Shown here in pieces: positions 12,129 through 24,800 of a stretch of DNA of 64,000 nt. The DNA is taken from the NCBI GenBank assembly GCA_046563655.1, contig CM102285.1, forward strand, positions 3,410,001 through 3,474,000, read 5' to 3'. How positions within the stretch are numbered: position 1 is the stretch's first letter; each line of letters starts with the position of its first letter. Source of the DNA: Yuukianura sp. NJ FZ-2021. Its lineage: Eukaryota. Made by a program: the position numbers and the translations under genes. The notes beneath the pieces are model-generated. The model had not been told where the DNA came from. It saw only the letters and a list, made by a program, of their open reading frames with translations, and ran no database searches.

Positions 12129-12957
12129 ACTTGCAGCCTGCAGTGCCGTTTCTCCTACTTAGCACAACATTGTAACTTGTAAGTTCAGAAATCCTTTCTT
12201 TTCCTACTTTCGTAAAAATTTCTCTAAAAAATATTTATTTCCAATTTAATATACAGTTAACGAAGGATTTCATATCCTACTATTTCTTATCTTTCCTAAC
12301 AGAATCTATTCTCTGTTATTTATGTAATTTGGTTCTGTATTTAGCACAGAGCTCTCTTTTGTAGTAAGGATAGTATTCATTTCATTATATTTAACATTCC
12401 TATACCTTTAAATTAAAATCTAAAAAACAAAAGGCAATCGACGGTAAAACGACAACGAGGACAGTTGTAGCGTAGTTGTACAACTGTTCCCTTTGCTCCG
12501 TCTATAAAAATGAGTTTTAAGGGTTACAGTAGATTACTTGATTTGATTTCGCTAGACGTTTTCGAACAGTATTGAGGTAATCATTAGATTTATTTCTAAA
12601 GATATGACTTAAGTGTTTTTTTGTGTGTTTTGCTGCTGTGTCGCTGCTCGCAGTGGTGTCGCTTTCCTCGGAGGTGATCACGGTGTGTCGAATATGAGGA
12701 AAATTACGTTGGTTTTTGTCCAGTTTGGTCTTTTTATACTTTTCATATAAGATTCGTTAGTTTTATGAACTTTGAGTTGGTTCATCGCTTCGGCAGAGAA
12801 TTTTTCTGAGTAACCAATTTTTGAGTCTTCGCGGTGCTGCAGCAGCTTGAGCCCTAAACTGAACTTTTCTGGATGTGACTCCTGAACCTCCGACTAACGT
12901 AGCAAGGGTACGACTGAAACATTTTATAACGTATTTAAATAACAATTAATTTCAAAA

Positions 12958-14000
12958 ATGGAAGCCATAGGTAATAATGATTTATGATTTCGTTACTTTT
13001 GTTTCACCCAATCACAGATTTTATCCCAGTTTTCCGGATAAGGAACTTCCAGGAATTGGCAAGCTTCACGACCCCAACTGATGCAACTCCTTTCAACCAA
13101 ATCGTACTTCGAACCTCTGCAAATAATTTATCATTGCAAACCATTCCCGGTAAGTTTTTATGTTTGAATTTCAATTTTGCAAAAACCATTTCATTTTGGC
13201 ACATTATGTAACAAACCTGAAGTTTTCTGCGTTCATTTCGTTTACCCAGGCTTCGAATTCTTCAAACAATTTCGGAGTTTTTCCGACGTCTTCACGACTT
13301 CGAAGAGAAAACACAGGGTACTTGGATTTTGGAGTTTCGTGCAATGGAACCTACCGCAGCATCCTAAACTTTATTTACACCCAACAACGTTGCTGTTGAT
13401 AATTTACCAAACTCCGAAGGATTCCAAGATCTCCGTACTCATAGAGGTATCCATAAACAATAATCCCAACGTGGTCGACAGCATCGGGGACGTTGTCAGT
13501 GGAACTGCTCGTGGCGCCTGTAAGTTTTCGTTATGAAAAAAAATTGTGTAAGTTTTGAAATATGTGAATTAATTCATTAAATTACATATAAATGAATTAA
13601 TGACCTAGGAAGAAGTGACCCAGAGCTGTTCCAGCTACACCAAGAGTTATGTCCCAACACACGGCGTGCACTGGATGGTCCGAAACTTGTGGAATTCCTG
13701 CCACTTTTCCAACCAGGTCAGTCACATTCTGAAGAGCGTTCATCCTGATTCGCAATGTCACCGGCTTCTCACTCCCACTTCATTATTATCAGGCACACGA
13801 ACGTCAATTTTTCCAGAAGTGAAACCGCTGTATCAAAAACTATGAAAATTGGACGGAAATTGCTGAGGCACGATCCCGAGGTACGTCTTCACCTTGAAAA
13901 GTCAGTTTCACTATTATCTGATTGTAACTCGTGCTAATTGAAAAATTGAATTTGCAATTTCAGGGTGGCTCTTCCTCTTCCACGGCTTCACTTGTGCCAC
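12958..14000 (+). pseudogene. Possible degenerate multi-exon gene of unknown family
   Basis: ATG at 12958 and good splice sites give three in-frame exons (MEAI|DFIPVFRIRNF...QTIP|GFEFFKQF...ARGA). The next junction (donor ~13520 to acceptor ~13608) creates TGA or needs a frameshift. No recognisable domain. Confidence 0.3.
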
Positions 14001-14456
14001 TTTAGCGGCACCCACTCTTCCACTAACAACAAAACAAGGCTTCCTATCTGGTATCGACGATCTTATAGTTTAGGTACGTTCGTATCTATATGCTTAAAAG
14101 AAGAATAAGTAGCGCAACCAGATGCCGTGATGCCAAGCCCAGGGAGACGTCACATCACTTTCCCTATTTTACACAACAAACTTCTGAATCATGACTCTCT
14201 TCTTCATTCGCTCGCTAAAAAAAGAATTTGACCTCGCTTTTCCACTTTTCCAAGAAAAAATAGAAGAAAACGTGTTGGGCCAGCTTTTTATGAAAAGACA
14301 AAAACTGAAAATGCGATGAAGAAGCGATTGGAAGTTTGGAAAACTAATTCGCATGTGCGTTGTTTTACTTTGGCAGTCTAGCATATGGAATGTCTTGAAA
14401 GATTTTAAAAACCGAAAATATTACTATGGATCTAATCTAACTTAATTTGACTATTT

Positions 14457-15440
14457 TCAGGTGCCTAATTGAAAAATATTGTTTTCTGATTTTTCATAGG
14501 CCTCAAACCACCAGGAGTTGACTGTGTAGAAGACGTCTTTTCGTCGCTCGGCTTCCGTTTTGCCTGCCCAGTCTTTATCCAACCAAGGCTTCGTAAAAAT
14601 GTAATGGACTACTCGTACTTCATCGTCTCTCCACATATTGGTGTGAGCAAAGGTCAAAGGTCGCAGAGCATTGTAATAGTAAGGTAGACATGTCCATCGA
14701 CCAGCATAAACTTCGTTGAGGAAGTCTTGGTCTGGAAAGCGGTACTTGTCTAGTGACTCGATCGTTTTCAATTTGTTTATGAGTTCTTCAAAGGCATGTT
14801 TTGAAGGGCGGAACACAATTAATCCGGAATTGAAGTATGGAGCACACTTTTTGGGTGGATCGCCGTTGGAAATGTGTGAGTTCCTGGAATAGTAGGTGTA
14901 CGAACAATTTTCTGGAATCCTGCAAATTTTGAAAAAAAAATTATTAAATTAATGTTTTTTTTAAAGATCGCTAGAGAAAAACTGATATTTTCCATACCAA
15001 TGCACTGGGTAAGATGGAACTTTCATTGGATTACAGAGGCATCCTGGACTGGCAGCGATCCAACCTTCTGGAAGTTCAAGTTCCATCAAGTCATCTACAT
15101 TTTGACGAATGAGCATGTCAGCATCCAATAGGACGACGCGTGAGTATTCAGTTAAACCAAAGACTTGTATTTTTGTCCAAGTGTCACGATAATAAGGTTG
15201 GGCATACTGATCATCCAGAACGTCAATTTCAATGTTTGTTGTTTCTTTTAGCACACATCCACAGTCTTTAAGTTTTTCTACACTTTCGGCAGACAGAGTG
15301 TCACGGGTATACAGGACCACAAGGGGGTAGACACTTTTTACAGATCGAAGTGACCACCACAACACTTTGACACCAAGGAAGTAATCGTCGGAGGTCAAGA
15401 GCACTGCGAAAGCACCATTCACGCCCTCCGACTTGTGCAT
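14457..15440 (-). CDS. Glycosyltransferase family 8 (glycogenin/galactinol-synthase-like, fungal-type); 2 coding exons, intron 14920-14997
   Basis: Motifs TWTKIQVFGLTEYSRVVLLDADML (DxD), FNSGLIV, FPDQDFLN, LPYYYNA and VVHYIFTKPW. The phase-2 intron joins VHW|IPENCSY. Confidence 0.92.
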
Positions 15441-16838
15441 TTCTCCTGAATTCAAAATTTGGATCGATTACAGAACTTTCCCTCTCGCGTAAGCTTCTTT
15501 TTTTCAAAAACTTTCTCTTTGATGGAAACAAAAACTGCTTTGGAAAACTAGAAGTTTTTTTTTCTCAAAAAGTTTTAACAAAATTGGGGTTTCTTCATTG
15601 AATGGCCATTGGACGACTGATACTGATTTGGTCTGCGTGTACTAAATACTAATCGTGTAATTTAAATTTTTGGTTTCAGAATTCATGGTCGGACGTGGAT
15701 TAGATTATGTTTAACGAGTTCAAATGCGGGGACTAAGCACGCGTAGAAGTGTGGAACTGTTGACATACTATAATGGTCTGAATCACGCCTGTTAGACGGT
15801 AAAGGTTATCACTTCGACTTCACTAGCCACTTCACATACCAAAAGAATGAAAAGATGTTTTATAGTTTTCCAATTTCAGTTATATCGGGATTAGCCATGG
15901 ATTTATTCTTCCCTGTATTTAGATGTTGTAAGAACAGACGTCTTGAAAGTTGACCTTGGATATTTTGGTTCTAAGGACGCTGCTGGAAATGAACTTTGCG
16001 TTGTCTGGAAATATCAAATTGTACGAAAAAAAAACACTCTTTTGTACAGAAAAAGTTATTGGTTGTTTACTTATTGAAGTTGGACGTTCACTGCTTTTCC
16101 TGTATGTCAATGAATAAGCTAACACTTAATTCTATAACCATTTTGACGAAAGGGAATTCTATAAAATAATTTCCTGGAAGCACTTTCACATTTTACCATC
16201 TTTTACCGTCACTGAGGACTGAAGAGCTACTATTTGCCGAGCCTTGCCGGTTGCCGCCTAAAAACCTTCTGTCAACTTCCCACTCGGGTTTTTCTATTTT
16301 TTGCCAAATGCTACTGTGTTATTTCTGCTTCTAGTTTTCTTTCCTTTTAGCTTTGACATTTCCGCAAACGATAAAAGATCCGTGCCCAGAAAGTATTGGA
16401 TTTTTTATTTGTCGATTTTGCGGTTAGTCTCGTGTTATTTTACGGTTCTAATTGCAACTGGAAAGAGACCAGGCGGAAAACATTGAAATTTTATACTAAC
16501 GATTTAGAATTGGAAAAATCAAGGTCAAAACCTTTCAGGTTCTACAAAACGAGCCCAATTGGGAACCAGTGACGTCAATAATTTTGTGAATTCGTGGATG
16601 CGAAATAATTCAATTTTTTTATTCGCTTTGGATTGACACGAAAATTTAAATATTTGTGTAAGATTGCATTAATATAATATTCATGTAAACTGACATAGTT
16701 TGCACTTTCCTATTTTATAACTTTATATCGCTCATTTTTCTCTTCAATTATGTTGTTAAAACTAATTTTACAGAAATTAGACTAAACAAACAAACCAAAT
16801 ATTAAAACTAAATAAAAAATTAAACGGATCGATCCTTG

Positions 16839-17727
16839 TCATTCGGAAATTGCTTCTCTTCTGAACAAAATTTCTTCTTCTTCTGGTACGACGATGACAC
16901 GAATCAAGTTCCAGCGCTGTCTTGATTCTTCCTTGTGCCCGCTGTTCAAACACTCTCCCTCACTTACCAGATTACTATCAATTTTACCCCTAAATTTTAA
17001 CCATTAGTTAAACTCACTGTGTTAGGCCTGAAAATTTAAAAGTTCTTTAATTTATAACTTACTTTTTCGCAGAAGTACCAACTTGAAGGCACAAATTCGT
17101 CCGGGCATTTTGAATTTGGAATTTTTCATCTCCATAGTATTTCACTTTCCAGACGTTGAGTTCTGCCAGTGTTCTTCCTGGAGGGTAAAATGCTGTTACT
17201 GTATTAAGGTACTCGTGTCTCGACTGGATCCAATAGCCTTGATGCTTGCTTCGAAGCGCTGAAATTTTAAACAAAACGGAATTTCAAAAAACGAAATTGC
17301 TTAAACTGAATTTCGAAATTTGGTCGAAGCAATTTTGAAATTTTATCAAATCTAACACATACGTTCCCATGTTAGCGTCCATCCTTGTGTCATGACGTCT
17401 GTATTTGGCATAGTAGCAACAAGTCCTGTTCGAAGTCCCACTATCCCCTGCTCAACTACTGTCAGGAACTAACTTTTTCAATTAAAAAGTACCGAAAAAG
17501 GTATGTGCAGATTAAAAAGTTTAAAATTTTCATGTTCTAAGAAATTCACATTTCGAAAATCTTACATTTTTATTTGCAACGTTGCGAATTTTGTAGTTCC
17601 CACCATCTCGAATCTCTGGCGGTTGCGCACGCTGTTCCGGATGCACTTGCGCATTTGAGTAGATCAAAAATCCACAACATACAATTATTGCAACAAAAAC
17701 AATTTCAAATTTTTTAAAAAGCAACAT
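16839..17727 (-). CDS. Secreted ricin-B (beta-trefoil) lectin-like protein, 4 exons
   Basis: Signal peptide, then GNYKIRNVANKNFL, QGW, NVWKVKYYGDEKFQIQNARTNLCLQV and RQRWNL (three QxW-type repeats). GT-AG introns; stop at 16839-16841. Confidence 0.75.
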
Positions 17728-18285
17728 AACTGCCAAAGCCCAAACTTTTTCGTCCTTAAAATCAGATAAAATGCTCTTAGATGTCTTGACTGATAAGTTT
17801 GAATTTTATGAATGAAATCAAAAGTGAAATTAAATTCGCCCATACTAAATTTTTGCTTTTGTTTGAAAACCAAAATTTCACTTTGTGTGAAAACTTGTAA
17901 TACAACTTTACATACTCGCGTAGTGACTTGAGCGGATGACCTACCTAAGCAAATTGCGGTTCTGCGAATGTAATTTGTGATGCGCATAAGATTGCGTTAA
18001 ATCAAAAGTGACCTTGCGTTTCTTAATTGTTGGTCCTAGTACCACCAATTTCTTTGCCAAAAGTTTAATATCCATTGGGGCATCTAAATTAGAGTTATGT
18101 TGTGCAATTTTAATGTAATGTTGAGCTTTTGGCCAATGAGATTTAATTATGCACTTCTTCCTTTTACTTCCCTTAATTTCAAGTGACCCCCAATGAATTA
18201 TATAATCACAGTTAAAATTCAATTTCAGTTTAGATTTAGTCTTCAACAGAAGCAGAAGACAGCGTCCTGTACAATAATAACAAAC

Positions 18286-21073
18286 ATGGTGTTGGTTTTT
18301 AGCAAAAGTTTGTTTGTATGTTTCATCAGTTGCGTGATTTTGAAAGTTTTCTGTGCGCAGGAGCATGTGGGAATCGCAGGGATTCACAATGAGGTTACCT
18401 CTGGCACAGGGTCACGTGACCTTGACCCTGCTCTAGTTCCCATCATGACTGAAGTGTACTTGGGTACTGACATCGATGGTGACTTGACCCTGTTAAGCAA
18501 AGATGGGAACTTGGATATCACCATTAGTGGAGACATGCTGAGAAGAAACAGTACGTTTCATAATGTCATCCTGGTGTGTACTGCAGTCTTTCCAATTCAG
18601 TGGACTTATGAAGGCGATGGCGTATGTGATATTGAATTTCAAAATTTAAAAGCTTCCAACAAAAATTTTTTTATTGAAATGATGGAAAACAGGATTTTAT
18701 GCGTTTGAAATGCTTAAATTTTTAACACAGGCTCCCACTCGATTGTATTCATCTGAAATTCGAACGGTAGGATCTTTTCGAAATGAAAGTTCGTATGAGT
18801 ACTTCAGTACGCTTGTGCTCATGCCCGAAAGACACAATGAACATTTCACTGGCACTTACACATGTCGAGGGGTTAAGCATACAAAACACCAAATTTTCTA
18901 CCATCTCTATTTTCCTGGTAAATACTCCAAGGCGTCCTCAGTTACCCATTTTGACATTGAATTTGTACTTTGGAAATTTTGAATTTGAAAATTTTGTTAT
19001 TGAAAGGTCCGTTCGGATTTGCAACAATTCGGAACCGTGTGATCCGAGTTACAGAAAACCAAAAACAGCTAAACCTTCCGTGCATGATGACGAATCCAAA
19101 GATATGGATGGGACTATTCAAAATATTTCCAAAGGTATAACTTTTTTTGCATGAAAAAATGCGGGAATTCCGAAAAAGCTTTTTCCTTGTAAATATGTCC
19201 TCATCTTCATCTTTCACAGTAAACACTAACCATTTTGAACATTTTTGAATAAGGAATATTTTCCTTACATTTTTTTTTGTTGCTTTTGAATTGTAAATTT
19301 TAATGAAATATGTTGCTTCAAATTAGGAAGAATCCAGTGACTGGTCAAACCTCACTGCAGTGACCTTTGACCCCAAGAGGGGCTACACCCTGGACCTGTC
19401 TAGAATTTCCAACCCGTATGGAACTTACTACTGTAGCGTCAATGCTCAACCGAGTTTTTGGAAAATAGACGTCGTTCCGCCAAAAGGTAAGTTTTTCTTT
19501 ACATTACCGCGAACATTCCAACCTTTTTCATTTTTTGCATTTACCGGAATTATTTCCCTGTGTGCTTATGAATTTACGACTTTGCTTGTAGAGCTGGAGG
19601 TCAGAGTTGAACCAAATGAAGATGTAGTGAACCAAGAGAACTTTAGTAATGCAACATTTACATGCAGTTCCAAGGAGAAGGTGCTGCTGACCTTTCCAAA
19701 TTCACATGTCATTGGCACCATAGAATACGGATATAACAAGTCGCAGGAATTCCCCTTCTACGCCATTCTGCACATGGATTCTCACTTGGCAGTGTTTTCA
19801 ATACTGCACAAATTTCTCAAAGTAAATTGCATCTCGCAGCGATCAAGGAGAGTCCTTCATTCTTGGGAATTGACGAGAGTTGGTCAGTAGTATTCAGATT
19901 TTTGAGCCAAAATGTTTCAATCCTAATGTTACAGATAACACGTTCTAAGTCATGTTTGTAAGGGATGTAATATGTAAACATTTTGTTGACTAATGTTTAA
20001 GTTTGTTTTTGCAAACATGTAGGAGGTGAGGAGCTCAGTATCAAGTATTTGCCAGCATCTTCCAGGATTCTTTGTTGCACAAAGTCCGGTTTGTCTCCGA
20101 TTTACGAATTTGTCAAATGCGAAACCAAAACGGACTGTGCTATCAAACGCCGCTGCTTTACAAACGGACGTTGTGAATATCCGTTTCCACCGGAATTTGT
20201 CGACGCTCCACCAGGTTGTAGCGCTGTGGAATTTCAAGATCGCGTCCCAACTCATGTCGCCAAATGCTCAGTGGGTGACAAAAGCCGAATCGTTCCGATC
20301 ACGGAAAATATTAACAAAAGTGATATACGTGAGTGTGGGCAAAACAAACATTTTTTTGCACGAAACTAAAGAACTTAACGTCTATTTTTATTTAATAATC
20401 AACTAAGTATGTTGTATTGAACAGATTTTTGAAGGTTTCTTTTTTAATTTTGCAGTGATAGATGAAGTGGATGAAATTCCTCCAGCCGAGGCAATTTTGA
20501 AACTGACAGTGATGAAAAGTGATAAACTGGAAGTGAAGTTCAAGTGTTCCGGAAGCTTATACTTTTTTGCGTTGAATTTCGTTTTTGGTATCGAGCGGAG
20601 TAATGGTACTATGGAGTACGCAAATCCAGGTTGTTTTGAAACAAAAATTCCAAATTTCTTAGGAAATTAGAAACTTTTTAATACTAAAAGAAAATTAATT
20701 GTTAGCTAATGATCAAAATCTTTTCTTTCTTTTTTTTATATAGAAAATGTTGAGATGTGGGAATCTCATGAACCGACTCTTAGAATTGGTGATATGGACA
20801 GATCCATAACTCGGATTTATTGCTTTGCTCCAATCAGTTTTTCATCTGAATGGATCAATGTATCCATGTCTGTTTCAGTTTCAGGTAAAAACTTTTCAAT
20901 TAGTCTATTATTATTTTACGTCCATCCAACATAACGATGTCATTAATTTCATTTCTCGTTTGAAATACCTAGAAACTTCGAAATCAAGAACGTCTCATTC
21001 CTCAAGCAGTACAAGCAACAGCAGAAGTGACTTTTTGCGTATGCGCAGGCGTTCAAGAGAAATGAAAGTTTGA
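18286..21073 (+). CDS. Secreted multi-Ig protein resembling the PDGF/VEGF receptor (Pvr) ectodomain; no TM helix or kinase
   Basis: Signal peptide; Ig motifs LVCTAVFPIQW...FTGTYTC and LNLPCMMTNP...TFDPKRGYTL...GTYYC (VEGFR Ig2-like), then further Cys-paired modules. The last in-phase exon (20973-21073) ends in a Ser/Arg-rich tail and stop. Confidence 0.72.
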
Positions 21074-21805
21074 AACTCTTCAGTGATACTGGCAACTCTG
21101 ACTCTAACTTAAATCATTTTAACATTAGCCTTCTGGAACCAACGCCAATCATTTTTTGTTGTTATTTTTCAATTATAATGCCAAACCCTCACAAGAAAAT
21201 TGAAGTCGACTTCCAGGCGAGACATCCCGTCATATCGCAAGTAGTAGTCATGAGAAATTCTGCGAAAAGCGACAAAACCGCTCTTATCTATTTGAATTTG
21301 AAAAGAACATTCAAGTATCCCGGTCTTATGTTAATTTAACATTAACTCGCCATTTTTATATTACACTTTTGACTATATAAACCGAAAGTTAAAAAAAAAC
21401 CTTCGACACATTAAGAACAAAATTTGATTCTTGTAAACTATTGCATTCAGTTCCATCCAACACATTTTGATGTTTCTTTGGGGGTTTGAATTGTTTACGT
21501 TCAAACTTGATTGAAATTGGGTAACACTTTAGGGTTCAAAAACTACTTTATAATTTCAGTTTTTTTAACTTTTTGTTACCTATTTGTAGATTAATCGTTC
21601 AGTAGAAAAGGAAGTGTCAATTTTTTCGGTAGGGAATGACGATTAAACTCAGTTTTTGCTATTTGATTTACTATTACACCCATTTCCAGTTATAAATTAC
21701 CATTAAGCGAACTTCAGAAACCACAATTACGTTTCCTGTTTTTCAAAAATTCTCAGTTTGTGAAGAACTGCAGTCTCAACAGACTGCACTTCGTTCAACT
21801 GCATC

Positions 21806-24800
21806 ATGACTCTTAAGACAGTTCTTATTGTTTTGTGCATTCCAATTTTCAGCGATTTCGATAAATTTGCTTCTGCTGCAGAAGTATGTCCAAGTGCCGC
21901 AATTCTGGCGGAGGTGAACACGACTTACACTTTTGTGAGCAGTGCTTCCCAGCCGTGCACGTTTTCCTACGTTTTCAATTTCTCCTTGCTAACTGAGCAA
22001 GAGATCTTGGTAACACTTTTTCAGAACTTTAAGAAAAATTGAAAAATCTCTTAAGAAGTTCTCAAATACATTGCAAGTATTAATATAAAAAATATTAATG
22101 AAAATCATAACGCAGGACACGAAACTGGATGTCCAAGTTGTTGTGGAAGGCAGGGGAGCAGAATCCGAAGACAGTCCGCTAATGGTGGCCGTGCGTCAAC
22201 AACACACAAGCACTCTTATCAAGCTACCGTATTCCTTCCAAGAGGAAAATGACAACCAGACGTAAAATATTTTTGGTTTCGAAAAAATTCAATTGCAAAA
22301 CTAAAATTTATTAATAAAAAACTTTTCATTAGAAAATGGTACTACTCAAGCAGGAGAACTTTGTGCCTAACGACACATCATGGGATTTTAAACAGAGAGG
22401 AACCTTCAGTCATGGTTTACGTTGAAACTTACAATCTTAGCGGCATTAAATTCTCCATCTGTATCAACCGATTACGTGGACTGCTTATGCAGTAACATAT
22501 TAATATTTTACGTTTAACTTTTTTGCTATGGTTTTAATTTTAGACAAAAAGTTGAAGTTTTGAAATTTTTACTTTATCCACCTAATTACTTATTAAATTT
22601 TTAGTATCGGAGATTCTAGAAGGTTCGACGTGAGTCCAATGGCTCCGACATTTTTCCGTTTTGAATTTGACGACAACCCAGAGGTTCATGCCATAGAATT
22701 TTTGACAAAATCTGAAGGGGTGGGGGCTAACATTTGTACAATTGTAGCGATTGATGATTCCACGGTACTTCAAATTTTAACTCACATTTTACTATATATA
22801 TGAAAAATATATACATTTTATTAGTTACGACGCTAACTAAAAATCAAAGTATACTGGCAAAGTTTTGAAATGTTACACATTTTTGCGTGCGTTTCTTTAG
22901 TGTCCAGTATATGACCTTGAGGAGAATGTAGCCAGAACAGTGGAATGGAAGCACATGACAAGGGTAGCAGTGACGCGGCTACTTGTAAACCATTCATTTT
23001 TAACTTTAACAAATTTTAAAACTACAAAAAAAAAAACTGAAACGCCGAAATTTAACATATCAAAAAATATATAAACTCAAAATTGTTTGCAGCGTAAAGA
23101 TTTCCCGAATGGACTAAAGGTCTTGCTCATTCCGCGCGCAAGTGACGAGAACTGTGCCTGGGTCTCTAGTGACATTGATGCCTTTAATCCCAACAGAAAC
23201 AAAACATTGACCTTGGAAGTCATGGCCCTTGCTGACCGTGACCCCATTTGCATGGTCGCTATTCAAATCACTCTGGTTTTCCTTCCGGTTTTTGCAATAG
23301 CAATTATCATATTCTGTTGCTGTGAAATGAAATTAAGGTACAGGAGTCCACCAGTTATAGAAACTGACCCTCCCACTCTTTCTCCTTCCCCTTCTACCCC
23401 GAAATTCCGATGAGTGGAGGGAAAAAAGTAAACACCTTTGCTCTGTATGTCCAATCTCAATCTCAAAACAACTTTCTTGCACACCAATTGAAGTATTACG
23501 GTAACGGTGGGAGGAGAATAGAGGAGTGAGCCAATCAGAGCGAGTTTTTAAAACTGGTGGACTCCGTATGAGACTACGAGGAACACTAAATAGTTGGAGT
23601 TTAGAATGTTCATATTAATCTAAAGGATTTAATACTCGATTTAGATGAGAAACAATAATCACACTCGCGTACATTATTATATTGAGGTAAAGTTTATATA
23701 AAATAAGGTGTTCTTTTTTAGAAAAAGTTTGCAGAATAAGATACCCATCCCAGCGGAAGCTGCTCCCGTAGTACCGGATGATGTTGAGACCGAACAAAGG
23801 AATGCAGACATACAATTGCAACCTGTTGAAGGTGAGGGCCAAGTGCGAAACGGGGTACTCCAAGACGCTGAAGGTGGACATCATTTAGGAAATGACGAAA
23901 TGATTCCTGATGAAGTTGGACGTCAAGCAGGAAATGAGGAAATGGATCCTCCTGAACGTCCACATTCGGGTGGAAATGGGGAAATTAACCTTGACGAAGA
24001 TATACATCTCATCAAAAATGAGGAGCTAGAAGGCGGACCTGACCTGAGAGATGAACGGCCAAATTTCTTGACCTATCATGATGTCGTTCAAAAAGCTGGG
24101 TCTGCTACGTACAACAGGTTCTGCCTCAATACGTTGTACACTTCCGTCTTCTACATAATACCAGCGTTCCAATTTCTCTTGTATCATCAAAAGGTATTCA
24201 ACTTAACATTTCTAATGCAACGTGATCATAGACTTTTGATGTCGCAGAGTATGATTGGATCAGGTGACTTCGACCACTGCTACTTCAACGAACTTTGTCG
24301 CGTACGCATTCCCGGCTGGAGTGACTTTAATCACTTCATTTCGAACATCCTCTACATTTTCTTTGGTTTGTCTTTTGCGGGGATTGTATGCTACAGATCA
24401 TATACGCTCAAGAAGCACAAAGACCGGATCGGAGCACGAGAAATGGAAAAGCGAGGACTGCGCATTCCATATGGCGCATACTATGCTATGGGAATGTCGC
24501 TTATTGCAGAAGGACTCTTGAGTTCGGCTTACCATTTCTGCCCCTCTGGCTCAACATTTCAATTTGGTAAGTATCCTTAACTTAACATTTAATTTAACAC
24601 TTAATTTATAGGTTCCGAGAACTAAAGATTTTAATACTGTTACATAAGATGTCGCATTTATGTATGTCATCTGCGTCATCATCCTCTCATGCATGTACCA
24701 AGTTAGACACAATGGAAACCCGACCGGGTAAGTTGTACTGTAAATTTTTAGAATTTAATAAATTCGTACACAGTCGCACAGATTGATGAATGAAATCCAT

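Noticed and set aside
23338-23721. Apparent premature stop at 23413 in the SID-1-like gene
   Set aside because: A phase-2 intron (AG|gtacag ... tttttag|A) removes it and joins KL-R-KSLQ in frame.
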